Of a DNA stretch of 64,000 bases, positions 47,832 through 56,332 are shown piece after piece. The DNA is taken from positions 1 through 64,000 of IMG/VR virus record IMGVR_UViG_3300023174_000036, one strand, 5' to 3'. The notes below the pieces were generated by a model that was not told the origin of the DNA, did no database searches, and worked only from the letters and a program-made list of their open reading frames with translations. The stretch's first letter is position 1. Each line of letters opens with the position of its first letter. Position numbers and translations under genes: made by a program.

Positions 47832-48404
47832 ATGGGTCGTTATTCAGAGTATTTCCAAGATATTTGGAAACTGCAAGCAAATCGCAAAGTGTTAGGGTTA
47901 ACACTATTCGGGGTAATTTATGATAATTCAACCCCTTTTACACCAGGTAATAAATTAATAGTAGCCGAAGGCGTTGCTGAAGCACTGTCAATATTGTCAA
48001 AAAAGGGTTACGATTTTTTAATTATTGCTGGACAACCTCCCAGCAAAACACGTAATCTAGATCAAGTGGATTTTGAAAATATCCTTGGTGCAACTCGTGA
48101 ACTGATGCAATCAACAAATTCTAGAATAAAGAATGCCTACTATGCTCCGGGTACAGATAAAAATGACCCATATGTCAAACCCAATACCGGTATGTTTGAA
48201 CGTGCTGGCAGTGAAAACCAGCTGACTTGGGAAGAGATTTATTATGTGGGTGCGGAAATTAATGACGTCAAAGCCGCAACAAAAATGAAAGCAATGCCTA
48301 TCCTTATCAAATCTGCTAGTACAAAAACCAAAGCATTTGAATTAACACATCAAATAAAAGTCAAAGAGTTTGGCAGTTTATTAGAATTTGCTAATTCAAT
48401 ATAA
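47832..48404 (+). CDS. GmhB/HisB-like HAD protein with degenerate active site
   Basis: GVAEAL, KPNTGMF, YVGAEINDVKAA; motif I reads GLTLFGVI instead of FLDRDGVI. Confidence 0.7.
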   Translation: MGRYSEYFQDIWKLQANRKVLGLTLFGVIYDNSTPFTPGNKLIVAEGVAEALSILSKKGYDFLIIAGQPPSKTRNLDQVDFENILGATRELMQSTNSRIKNAYYAPGTDKNDPYVKPNTGMFERAGSENQLTWEEIYYVGAEINDVKAATKMKAMPILIKSASTKTKAFELTHQIKVKEFGSLLEFANSI

Positions 48405-48430
48405 AAAAGGAGCTTAACGCTCCTTTTTTT
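48403..48430. terminator. Bidirectional terminator
   Basis: AAAAAAGGAGC-TTAAC-GCTCCTTTTTTT. Confidence 0.85.
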
Positions 48431-50135
48431 ATACTTCTTCGAAATCACCTTTTTTAGTAATCAGCTTGCCTAATTCTGGAAGCCACATATACTTTAAGTC
48501 TGACTTAGCCAACGTTTCTAATGCCTGCTTGACTGTTTCTACTAGTGGGTCGCCTGCAAGATTAAAACTGGTATTAAACAGGATAGGAACATTTTTAATC
48601 TTGTTGAACTCACTGATCAAATCATAGTAGTGAGAATTTTGTTCTTTAGTTACAGTTTGAATTCTACATGTACCGTCAACGTGTGTAATTGCAGGAATCA
48701 ATGCTTGCTTATCTTCTTTAACATCCACTGCATACATCATAAACGGACTATCACTGCGTGTTCTAAAGTCAAACCACTCGCCGGCATGTTCTGCCATAAC
48801 AGATCCTGCAAAAGGCCTAAACCATTCTCTACGCTTTACTTTGTTAACAATAGCTTTGCCGTCTTGAACTGTTGGATCAAACAAAATACTACGATTACCC
48901 AATGCACGTGGGCCTGCTTCACTGCGACCTTGATACAACGTAACAATATTTCCGTCTGCAATTAACTGTGCAACTTCTGTGCTGGTCACAGACCTTTCTA
49001 AAAACCCAGTGTAGTCAATATTGTCATATCTTTTTTCGTCAATAGGACCAATATACAATGAAGTTAGCGGTGCTGGTGTTGCATCTTCGCTTACAGATCT
49101 ATAAACATGTTGACACACGCCCATGGCATTGCCGCCATCGTGACTGATTGGTTCATGGTAAAACTCAACATCTGGGAATTCTTTCAAGTATTCGTAGTTG
49201 GCAACACAGTTTAATCCAAATCCGCCCGCCATAACAATTTTCTTTTTACCAGTGAGTTCAATAGTTTTACGTATTAGACCAAACACACGTTCTTCAGCGG
49301 CCTTTTGCACAGCATACGCAATGTCTTTACGATAATCTCCAACTAGTGATTCGTCATCATGCCATTCTTTTTTATCATTTAGTTCTAATAAATCTGGATC
49401 TAAATCTGCACGAATAAAGTTACCTGCTGGAAAACGTGGTTTAATAAACGCACGATTGTTGAATCTACCATCATTAATTTTAATGTCTGGATTAGGTTTA
49501 CCATATGGTGCTAGACCCATGGTTTTTCCTGCTTCGATTGGGTGAAAGCCAAGGAACTGTGTCACTGCTTCATATGCTTTAGTAAGGCCGTGACTATCGG
49601 AAATTTCCGATTGGTGACCGTTTTCTTCTAATGCAAAATTATCAGCATGGTTTGCGCCGTATTGCTTGTAATGACACTCTACTTTTGCCGGGTAACCTAC
49701 AGACCAAATTGATTCTACTTCCCAAGTTATCTTTTTAAACTCAGGATCACTGCATCCACTGCCAGCACCATCAATTACCAATGCGGCCGCTTCGTCAAAT
49801 CCACTGTTATAAAATGCAGTGAGTGCATGAGTCATATGGTGTATGTCTCCTGCTGGCACTGTTTGAAATGGGATTCCTGGTTGTTTTTTTCGAACAACTG
49901 ATGTATACACATCTTCCTGATTCCACGGTGTTATAGGAAAATCATTCGATGTTGAACAAATAATCAAGAAATCCACATGATCAGTATATGTAAAAGCAAG
50001 GTCAATACCGGCAAATGGATTACCGTCATATTTGGTTCGTGTTAACCGCTCTTCCTCTACATAAAAAATTAATTCGCTATCTTTATATAGTGCTGTACTA
50101 CCATTGTGACCAATATTGATTCCTAAAAGATACAT
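48429..50135 (-). CDS. Carbamoyltransferase (CmcH/NodU family), full length
   Basis: EEERLTR, HHMTHA, GKTMGLAPYG, EAGPRALGNRS, RPFA, HVDGTCRIQTV, NTSFN. Confidence 0.95.
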   Translation of the reverse strand: MYLLGINIGHNGSTALYKDSELIFYVEEERLTRTKYDGNPFAGIDLAFTYTDHVDFLIICSTSNDFPITPWNQEDVYTSVVRKKQPGIPFQTVPAGDIHHMTHALTAFYNSGFDEAAALVIDGAGSGCSDPEFKKITWEVESIWSVGYPAKVECHYKQYGANHADNFALEENGHQSEISDSHGLTKAYEAVTQFLGFHPIEAGKTMGLAPYGKPNPDIKINDGRFNNRAFIKPRFPAGNFIRADLDPDLLELNDKKEWHDDESLVGDYRKDIAYAVQKAAEERVFGLIRKTIELTGKKKIVMAGGFGLNCVANYEYLKEFPDVEFYHEPISHDGGNAMGVCQHVYRSVSEDATPAPLTSLYIGPIDEKRYDNIDYTGFLERSVTSTEVAQLIADGNIVTLYQGRSEAGPRALGNRSILFDPTVQDGKAIVNKVKRREWFRPFAGSVMAEHAGEWFDFRTRSDSPFMMYAVDVKEDKQALIPAITHVDGTCRIQTVTKEQNSHYYDLISEFNKIKNVPILFNTSFNLAGDPLVETVKQALETLAKSDLKYMWLPELGKLITKKGDFEEV

Positions 50136-50143
50136 AATATTCC

Positions 50144-51067
50144 TTATTTGACTGTTTTCTTGATGTGGGCACGGATGTTGGCAATGATTGTTTTAAGTTC
50201 TTCTTTGCTAAAATCCATAATTGTATCGTTTAATCTATCTGCTTCTTCGCTAGCAAACCCAGCAATTCTAATTGGGCTGTACACACGTTCAATGTTTTTC
50301 TTTTCTACAATATTAAAATGCTCTGGATAGGTAGTGTTAATTGGAAAAGTACTTCCGCACACCACAGTTCCTGGTTTGTCAAATGCATAAGCCATATGTT
50401 GTCCTACGCTGTCACACCCAATGAAATAGTCACTAGACTCAATAACTGCGGCCCATACACGCAATGGCACATTGCCTTCTGGTTGGAACAAGGGAAGATT
50501 AATCACATCTAATTTGTGTTCTCCCATGTAAACCATGTTGTAATCCTTGGCCAATTCGCCCACAAGTTCAATAAACGTACTTTGCTCAATACTGCGACTG
50601 CTTGGATCAAACACAATACCTGGTCCCATACTACTGCTACGGCCAAAAGGCTGAATAACAATTGTTTTTTCTTTTTGGCTTGCTTGGCGCACTTGAGATA
50701 ATATTCCCATAGCACTCATTTCTTCTGTTTTGCTTAATACCAGTGTTGGTTTATTATTCTTTGTTGAACGTTCTCCAACAATTTCCCACCAAAAACTCTG
50801 TTGTAAACTACTGCGTTGATTGTAGTATTCGTGATCTCTATAAGGTTCAGTTGATACACATAAGTTATCTTTGATAAGATTTTCAAACAAGCCTTTGTGA
50901 TTCACATCCCAGGCTTTTTCTTGTAATGTGGGATGTCCAAGGAATATCTCCAAGCCGCCTTCACAAACAATTCCTGCCAACTCGCCTCTGCGATCTAACT
51001 CTTCAAGAGCGGGTATACTAGCAATTACGCGGCCTGCCCCACCATTGATAAACACAACTTTTTTCAT
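50144..51067 (-). CDS. Glycosyltransferase, GT9 (heptosyltransferase)-like
   Basis: IVIQPFG, FIGCDSVGQHMAYAFDKPGTVV. Confidence 0.7.
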   Translation of the reverse strand: MKKVVFINGGAGRVIASIPALEELDRRGELAGIVCEGGLEIFLGHPTLQEKAWDVNHKGLFENLIKDNLCVSTEPYRDHEYYNQRSSLQQSFWWEIVGERSTKNNKPTLVLSKTEEMSAMGILSQVRQASQKEKTIVIQPFGRSSSMGPGIVFDPSSRSIEQSTFIELVGELAKDYNMVYMGEHKLDVINLPLFQPEGNVPLRVWAAVIESSDYFIGCDSVGQHMAYAFDKPGTVVCGSTFPINTTYPEHFNIVEKKNIERVYSPIRIAGFASEEADRLNDTIMDFSKEELKTIIANIRAHIKKTVK

Positions 51068-51125
51068 AATATTCCTTAATCTACGTAGTTAATTATTTAT
51101 AGTTCAAAAAAATGTCAAGGTGCAA

Positions 51126-51908
51126 TTACGAAATATTGTGCTGTTGAATATGTTCAAACAATTTTTCTGCATAAAACATATGTGGCACTTCTGTAAAATG
51201 ATTCATAATTAGCATTTGATCAGGATAATTTTTGCATCCATAATCGTAAAAACTACTAGTATCCAAATTATAATAGTTTTTGCATGAAAAGTCTAGATTT
51301 TTGGTATTAAATAACGGGTGACATGTATTAACAAACAAGTGTGCATATCCTCTATTTTCCAATAATTCATGTAGTGCAATAATCCTGGCTTCCTGATTTG
51401 GAACTTGAAGCACATCATCCCACAAGTATTTGGAGGCCCATGGCACTATACTATTATCAGTATCAACAACATCATCGCCGACTGTGAATGTTATTCCCGA
51501 CTGCGGGTTACAAAATACTACTCCAAAGTCTTGAAATTCGACAGGGTATGACGGATCTTTATTAGTCTTAAAATGATTTAAAACTTCTCTCCAATTGGGA
51601 ATTTTACTAAGCCATGCTTCTCCTGATATTTCAATTCTAGATAATGAGCTCCAACCCACTAAAACAAATGTATCCTTAGGATCATGTCCAGATTTTTCTA
51701 ATTCATTGAGATCAAAAATTGTTCTTTTAAAAATATGATCATTACTTGAACCGTTGTATGATTTATTAATATAAGTGTCACAGTTCAAATAGCGGCTTAG
51801 ATGCTTGGCAAATGAGTGTTCTTTACAAGCAACATCTCTGCTGCCAGGTGCAATAGTTTCCATTCCAAACACAAAACTATCACCATTAGTATACAGTGTT
51901 TTTTTCAT
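51126..51908 (-). CDS. SGNH/GDSL-like hydrolase or acyltransferase
   Basis: LYTNGDSF, GSSN, VGWSSLSRIE, C-terminal HF...H. Confidence 0.6.
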   Translation of the reverse strand: MKKTLYTNGDSFVFGMETIAPGSRDVACKEHSFAKHLSRYLNCDTYINKSYNGSSNDHIFKRTIFDLNELEKSGHDPKDTFVLVGWSSLSRIEISGEAWLSKIPNWREVLNHFKTNKDPSYPVEFQDFGVVFCNPQSGITFTVGDDVVDTDNSIVPWASKYLWDDVLQVPNQEARIIALHELLENRGYAHLFVNTCHPLFNTKNLDFSCKNYYNLDTSSFYDYGCKNYPDQMLIMNHFTEVPHMFYAEKLFEHIQQHNIS

Positions 51909-52624
51909 ATTATATTTTCTCTAATCTTTTTCAATACTTGTCGTTGTCTTCCTGAATGAAAAAACAATTTATACAAGTAAGTTAACGATTTCTTGGGTTG
52001 ATATTTTTTATAATTAACGCATCCTTGGGTCATATTCCATAATTCAGGAGTTAAATCAAACCGTACTAACTTAATAGAGTCCGTGGTATTAAATTTTATA
52101 TAGTACAACGGATCACCCGTTGAAATGTTAAGAGTTTGAAATCTATGTTTCATTTCAAAAGCGCCTTCTATAGGTCTAAACCATTTTGCAATATTAAATG
52201 TTCCTGGAATATATGTACAACTAGATTGAAATTCAGTATTATGTAAAAATGCAGGACTAGTTGTTATTTCTAAATCATCTTCGCAAAAAAATAAGAAATT
52301 ATGATAGACATTAAACATAGGGTTGGAACGCGAAGTTGGTTTTGGTGTAAAATGCTCAGAAATTTCATCTCTATGTCCTTGTTCATTTACAAAAGTTCCG
52401 TTTGAATAGTCCACTGTGAGTTTGCTAGTCCATGGACAACGTACTACAAATGTGTTCTGCACTGATTTTAAAAATGCCGGACAATCCATGTAGTTGTTAT
52501 ATGCATTTTCTTTATTTTTATTGGCTAGCAATTCTTTATATAAACTATCAGGTTCTTGATACAGCATAAAATCATTGCCGTACAAGTCTGGTGGAACTGA
52601 TGCAGAATAGTAGATAGTCTTCAT
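51905..52624 (-). CDS. Hypothetical protein (CPAF...PG.F...GDPL family)
   Basis: ATGA overlap; similar pattern to 53226-53906. Confidence 0.65.
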   Translation of the reverse strand: MKTIYYSASVPPDLYGNDFMLYQEPDSLYKELLANKNKENAYNNYMDCPAFLKSVQNTFVVRCPWTSKLTVDYSNGTFVNEQGHRDEISEHFTPKPTSRSNPMFNVYHNFLFFCEDDLEITTSPAFLHNTEFQSSCTYIPGTFNIAKWFRPIEGAFEMKHRFQTLNISTGDPLYYIKFNTTDSIKLVRFDLTPELWNMTQGCVNYKKYQPKKSLTYLYKLFFHSGRQRQVLKKIRENII

Positions 52625-53229
52625 TATCGAGGAATTTTAATAAACCAACCAGTTAAAATATACTTGTTTTGTGTAAACATAGTATTGCCGCGATGTACAT
52701 GAGTCATCCCTGCTGGCCAAATTACAACGGTTCCGGCTGTAGGTTTAACACGAGTTCGTTGATATAAAAATTCAGTTTCTCCCTCGCCGTCGGGCACATC
52801 ATTTAGATATATCATCCATACCAACTCACGTTGTGACATGTTATAGTTACTACTTTCATAATGCCAAGTGTGAAATCCACCGCTGGGTTCTGTACATTGT
52901 AGTTTTAACTCGCTGGGCCACAGTGGTAATTCTGCTAGCTGTTGATATTTTTCAACATATTTGTCCAGTGCAACCCATAACCAACTTACTACATTTTCTG
53001 CATGTTTATCGTGATAATTCAAAAACCATGCAGAATCGTCTCTTAATAATGGCATACCTTTCTTAATATTATCTTTTGCAGAATGTATAATATTTCGTTG
53101 CATAGTTTTGTTAAGTTCAAAATTTTCAATCAACATTTGACAAAATTCAGCAGGTATAAATCTAGGAAATTCTGCAATAAAATCCTTTTCAGTCATTATG
53201 ATATTATCAAGGTCTATATTATGCTTCAT
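52624..53229 (-). CDS. Prolyl-4-hydroxylase-like 2OG-Fe(II) oxygenase
   Basis: WHYE, IYLND, GETEF, THVHRG, KYILTGW. Confidence 0.88.
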   Translation of the reverse strand: MKHNIDLDNIIMTEKDFIAEFPRFIPAEFCQMLIENFELNKTMQRNIIHSAKDNIKKGMPLLRDDSAWFLNYHDKHAENVVSWLWVALDKYVEKYQQLAELPLWPSELKLQCTEPSGGFHTWHYESSNYNMSQRELVWMIYLNDVPDGEGETEFLYQRTRVKPTAGTVVIWPAGMTHVHRGNTMFTQNKYILTGWFIKIPR

Positions 53230-53906
53230 AGTAGTTTATCCATGTTTCTATATTGCGCGGCAGTGTGCATTTTACTTGCAATCCAATTTCTTAAAACACC
53301 AACTGATTTTTTAATTGGAGAATCCGAATCGTACATTTTTATTTCTGGTTGTTTTTTGACAGCAACTAACTGCATTAATGGTGTGCCTTTTTTCAATAAT
53401 AATTCACCTTCAAATTTTCTTAAAATTATTTGTACAAGAATCATAGGATATTTACTACTGTCAATAATACCCGATGCCACTGTAAAATGAGGAGACTCGT
53501 TATAAAATACCGGAAGGCATAATATTGACGTGTCTTTTTTAGTTCGTACATACCATGGACAACGTAACTTCATAGAGAAATTAAAATATTCTGGTCCAAA
53601 CGAATATCCAGCAAAAGTACGCTCATCGTGAAATTGTATATCTTGGAATGGGTTACCATCGTGGTCAGTCATAGTTCCACTGCCCGAAGCATTGACACTG
53701 TGATCTGGATTAACTGTTATTAGTATGTCTTGCCATAGATTTATCACGTATCCTGTAGAAATTAAATCTCTAATTCCAGGACAACTCATCATTGAATGGC
53801 TTTCTTTTTCAAAAGGCAGCGGGCGTGTAGGACTTGATGCCGCTAATATTGGTTCTATTTTTTCAATTCCTGCTATTATAGGAAAAAACTCAATCTGTTC
53901 ACTCAT
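53226..53906 (-). CDS. Hypothetical protein (CPGI...PW...SGIID...KGTPLMQ)
   Basis: Start moved to ATG 53906 after GAGG. Confidence 0.65.
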   Translation of the reverse strand: MSEQIEFFPIIAGIEKIEPILAASSPTRPLPFEKESHSMMSCPGIRDLISTGYVINLWQDILITVNPDHSVNASGSGTMTDHDGNPFQDIQFHDERTFAGYSFGPEYFNFSMKLRCPWYVRTKKDTSILCLPVFYNESPHFTVASGIIDSSKYPMILVQIILRKFEGELLLKKGTPLMQLVAVKKQPEIKMYDSDSPIKKSVGVLRNWIASKMHTAAQYRNMDKLL

Positions 53907-53909
53907 TAA

Positions 53910-53945
53910 AAACCTCACTGTGTGTTATATAGCACAGTGAGGTTT
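53910..53945 (-). terminator. 13-bp hairpin: terminator that also sequesters downstream RBS
   Basis: AAACCTCACTGTG/CACAGTGAGGTTT. Confidence 0.7.
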
Positions 53946-53964
53946 GTTGTTGCTGTAATACTGA

Positions 53965-54561
53965 TTAAGGTGCAGGTGCGCCAGGTGAATTACTTTCAGC
54001 AACATCTGCTGGTTTAGTAGCGTTTGGATTAGTGTTAACACGTTTAATGCGAACCTCAGTAAAATCAGGATTTTTACGGTCCCAATCTCTACCAAAACCT
54101 ACATTAATAGTGAATGTTTGTCCAACTTCATACCCTTCGCCTGCGTCGTTGATTTCAACACTAACTGCTTTTTCAGTTTGCTGGTCATAAGTTACAGTTG
54201 CAACCAAACGCTTACCGTCACCAATGTCATATTGATTTCTAACTGGTGGTGTTTCGTAGTTAGACCCTGCATTGGTAATTTCTAATTCCAATACTGCTCC
54301 CAGTGGGATAGCAATTGGCTTTGGAGCAGTGTCTGGGGCAGGTGCTTCAGCTGTTTTCTTTTCTCCCCAGGCTGAGCCTGTATACCAAGTTTGTGAACTT
54401 TCTTCAAAAACATTTCCAATTGCCGCATGTTCGTCGGGTACTTGTCTCCAGAATTCTAGTGCATCTGGATGCCATAATCCGTTTGGATCTTCGTCATGAA
54501 GTTGGTAAATTTCAAAATTACCGTCTCCATCGCTATCAACCATTTTTGCCCATTGTGTCAT
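53965..54561 (-). CDS. Hypothetical virion or fibre-assembly protein
   Basis: AGGAG RBS; ITNAGSNY / INDAGEGY repeats. Confidence 0.7.
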   Translation of the reverse strand: MTQWAKMVDSDGDGNFEIYQLHDEDPNGLWHPDALEFWRQVPDEHAAIGNVFEESSQTWYTGSAWGEKKTAEAPAPDTAPKPIAIPLGAVLELEITNAGSNYETPPVRNQYDIGDGKRLVATVTYDQQTEKAVSVEINDAGEGYEVGQTFTINVGFGRDWDRKNPDFTEVRIKRVNTNPNATKPADVAESNSPGAPAP

Positions 54562-54571
54562 TTAAATCTCC

Positions 54572-56197
54572 TTAATCTTTCCAATAAATTATTGCAACGC
54601 CTGAACCTGCGTTACTAACGATGTTGTCCAATATGCATGGTGGAAATGCCAGTGGTGTACTTGCCGCGCCATTACAGCAGTCAAAAGATCCGCCCCAACA
54701 TATACATAAAATATAGCATTTAAACACGCCTGCGCCGCCGCCCAATCCTGCTTTACTTGCAAATCCGTGAACACCAATTCCGCCTGAACCGCCAAATATA
54801 CCAGCTTGGCTGATAATGCCTGGAGCCACGTTCCTTGGTTGATCGTATGCATTGGTAGCACTGCCCTGTAATCCCATTTGGCAAACTGCTTGCCAATCCA
54901 GGAACCAGCCTGGAGTACATGGCCAACCCACGTTGATAGGATCGCACAAGTTAGGATAAACTGCACCGCCGGTGCCAGCACCTTCGCCTGAATCTTCTGG
55001 TTTACCTCCCCATGAACATCCCTGTACCCAATAGTTACCTTGGTCCATTTGTCCGTCTGTACAATAACCTAAACCTTTGCCTGGAGCTCCTGTTCCTGAG
55101 ATAGAAAATACGTCATGCCACGGCCATTTTTTAGGCGCTGTTCCACAGCAAACATCGTGTTCGCTACGGCCTGTACACATACATAATGCGCAAGTCCAAT
55201 ACATGGTATCTGGAATACCTTCGTGATTATCGCAGCCACCGCGACCACCAGCACCTGTTCTCCAAATGCCGCCTTCGCACAAGCCAACCCATAGGGTTTG
55301 TTCGCAACTTGACATTTTTGGTACAAAACGACTGCCACCACCACCACCAGAGATTGTTATACTACATAAGCCTGGTTGACTACTGTTTCCGTACATACGA
55401 CAAATGCAGTTACAACGTGCAGAAATATGGCAACATTTGTTCAAATATCCAATGCCGCCACCGCCGCCTGCCATTGCTCCGCCTTCCGAGCCGCCGTAGG
55501 TACTTTGCTTACTACAAACAGTTCCACCGTTTCCACCGCATGGGTATACAAAACTGCCTGCTGATCCGCCACCTGGAAAATAGGGTACACAATATGCGTC
55601 ACCAACTGAGCTAATACAATTGCAGCCGTAAACTACACAATATCCACAGCAAGTGGTAGGAAATATACAGATACAAGTACTTGGGCATGTGCCATTGACC
55701 TCTTGATAGTTTCGTCCCCATCCACCGCATCCACCGCGACTGTTCATTACGTTGCCGCCTGAACCTGCGCCTGGAGTTCTAGTCACTGCGCCAGCGCCAG
55801 TTAGTGTTTGAGCAACACCACCTTGGCAAGTGTATCCAATAGTGGTATCTTGACTTTGGCGTCCAACTACAATGGTCATAACACAACCAGCTGTCACTGT
55901 ATGCACTGATTCGGCATAGCCACCGCCTGACCCTGCAAAATTACAATAAAAATCACTTACACATGCTTTACCACCACCACCAACTGCAATTGCTCGCACA
56001 CAAGCAGTTGAACTGCCTGCAGTAGTTGGTGGTACAACAAATGTATAACTACCTGGTTTATCTAAAATAACCCTATTTTGCCAGCATTCGTTAGAATCAT
56101 ATGAATATTTGTAATTATTAACCTGGTAGCATGTAGTGGGTGAATAACTAGTGCAAGCCGTTGGCTGTGCTGTTCCTGTACTTATATAACGTCCCAT
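54572..56197 (-). CDS. Cys/Gly-rich adhesin-like protein
   Basis: PGSYTFVVP...VGGGG...GSGGGY; ends GSGVAIIYW; ~45 Cys. Confidence 0.75.
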   Translation of the reverse strand: MGRYISTGTAQPTACTSYSPTTCYQVNNYKYSYDSNECWQNRVILDKPGSYTFVVPPTTAGSSTACVRAIAVGGGGKACVSDFYCNFAGSGGGYAESVHTVTAGCVMTIVVGRQSQDTTIGYTCQGGVAQTLTGAGAVTRTPGAGSGGNVMNSRGGCGGWGRNYQEVNGTCPSTCICIFPTTCCGYCVVYGCNCISSVGDAYCVPYFPGGGSAGSFVYPCGGNGGTVCSKQSTYGGSEGGAMAGGGGGIGYLNKCCHISARCNCICRMYGNSSQPGLCSITISGGGGGSRFVPKMSSCEQTLWVGLCEGGIWRTGAGGRGGCDNHEGIPDTMYWTCALCMCTGRSEHDVCCGTAPKKWPWHDVFSISGTGAPGKGLGYCTDGQMDQGNYWVQGCSWGGKPEDSGEGAGTGGAVYPNLCDPINVGWPCTPGWFLDWQAVCQMGLQGSATNAYDQPRNVAPGIISQAGIFGGSGGIGVHGFASKAGLGGGAGVFKCYILCICWGGSFDCCNGAASTPLAFPPCILDNIVSNAGSGVAIIYWKD

Positions 56198-56332
56198 TTC
56201 TTATGCTTCCTTATAGTAAACAATAGCCATGCCAGATCCAGCATTGCTCAATAAATTATCCAATATGCATGGTGGAAATGCCAGTGGTGTACTTGCCGCG
56301 CCATTACAGCAGTCAAAAGATCCGCCCCAACA
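54627..56332. repeat. 74-bp perfect repeat shared by the two Cys/Gly-rich genes (54627-54700, 56259-56332)
   Basis: Encodes CWGGSFDCCNGAASTPLAFPPCIL in both. Confidence 0.9.

Noticed and set aside
54627-56332. Diversity-generating retroelement TR/VR pair
   Set aside because: Copies are identical with no adenine-specific mismatches, both are coding, and no reverse transcriptase is in the window
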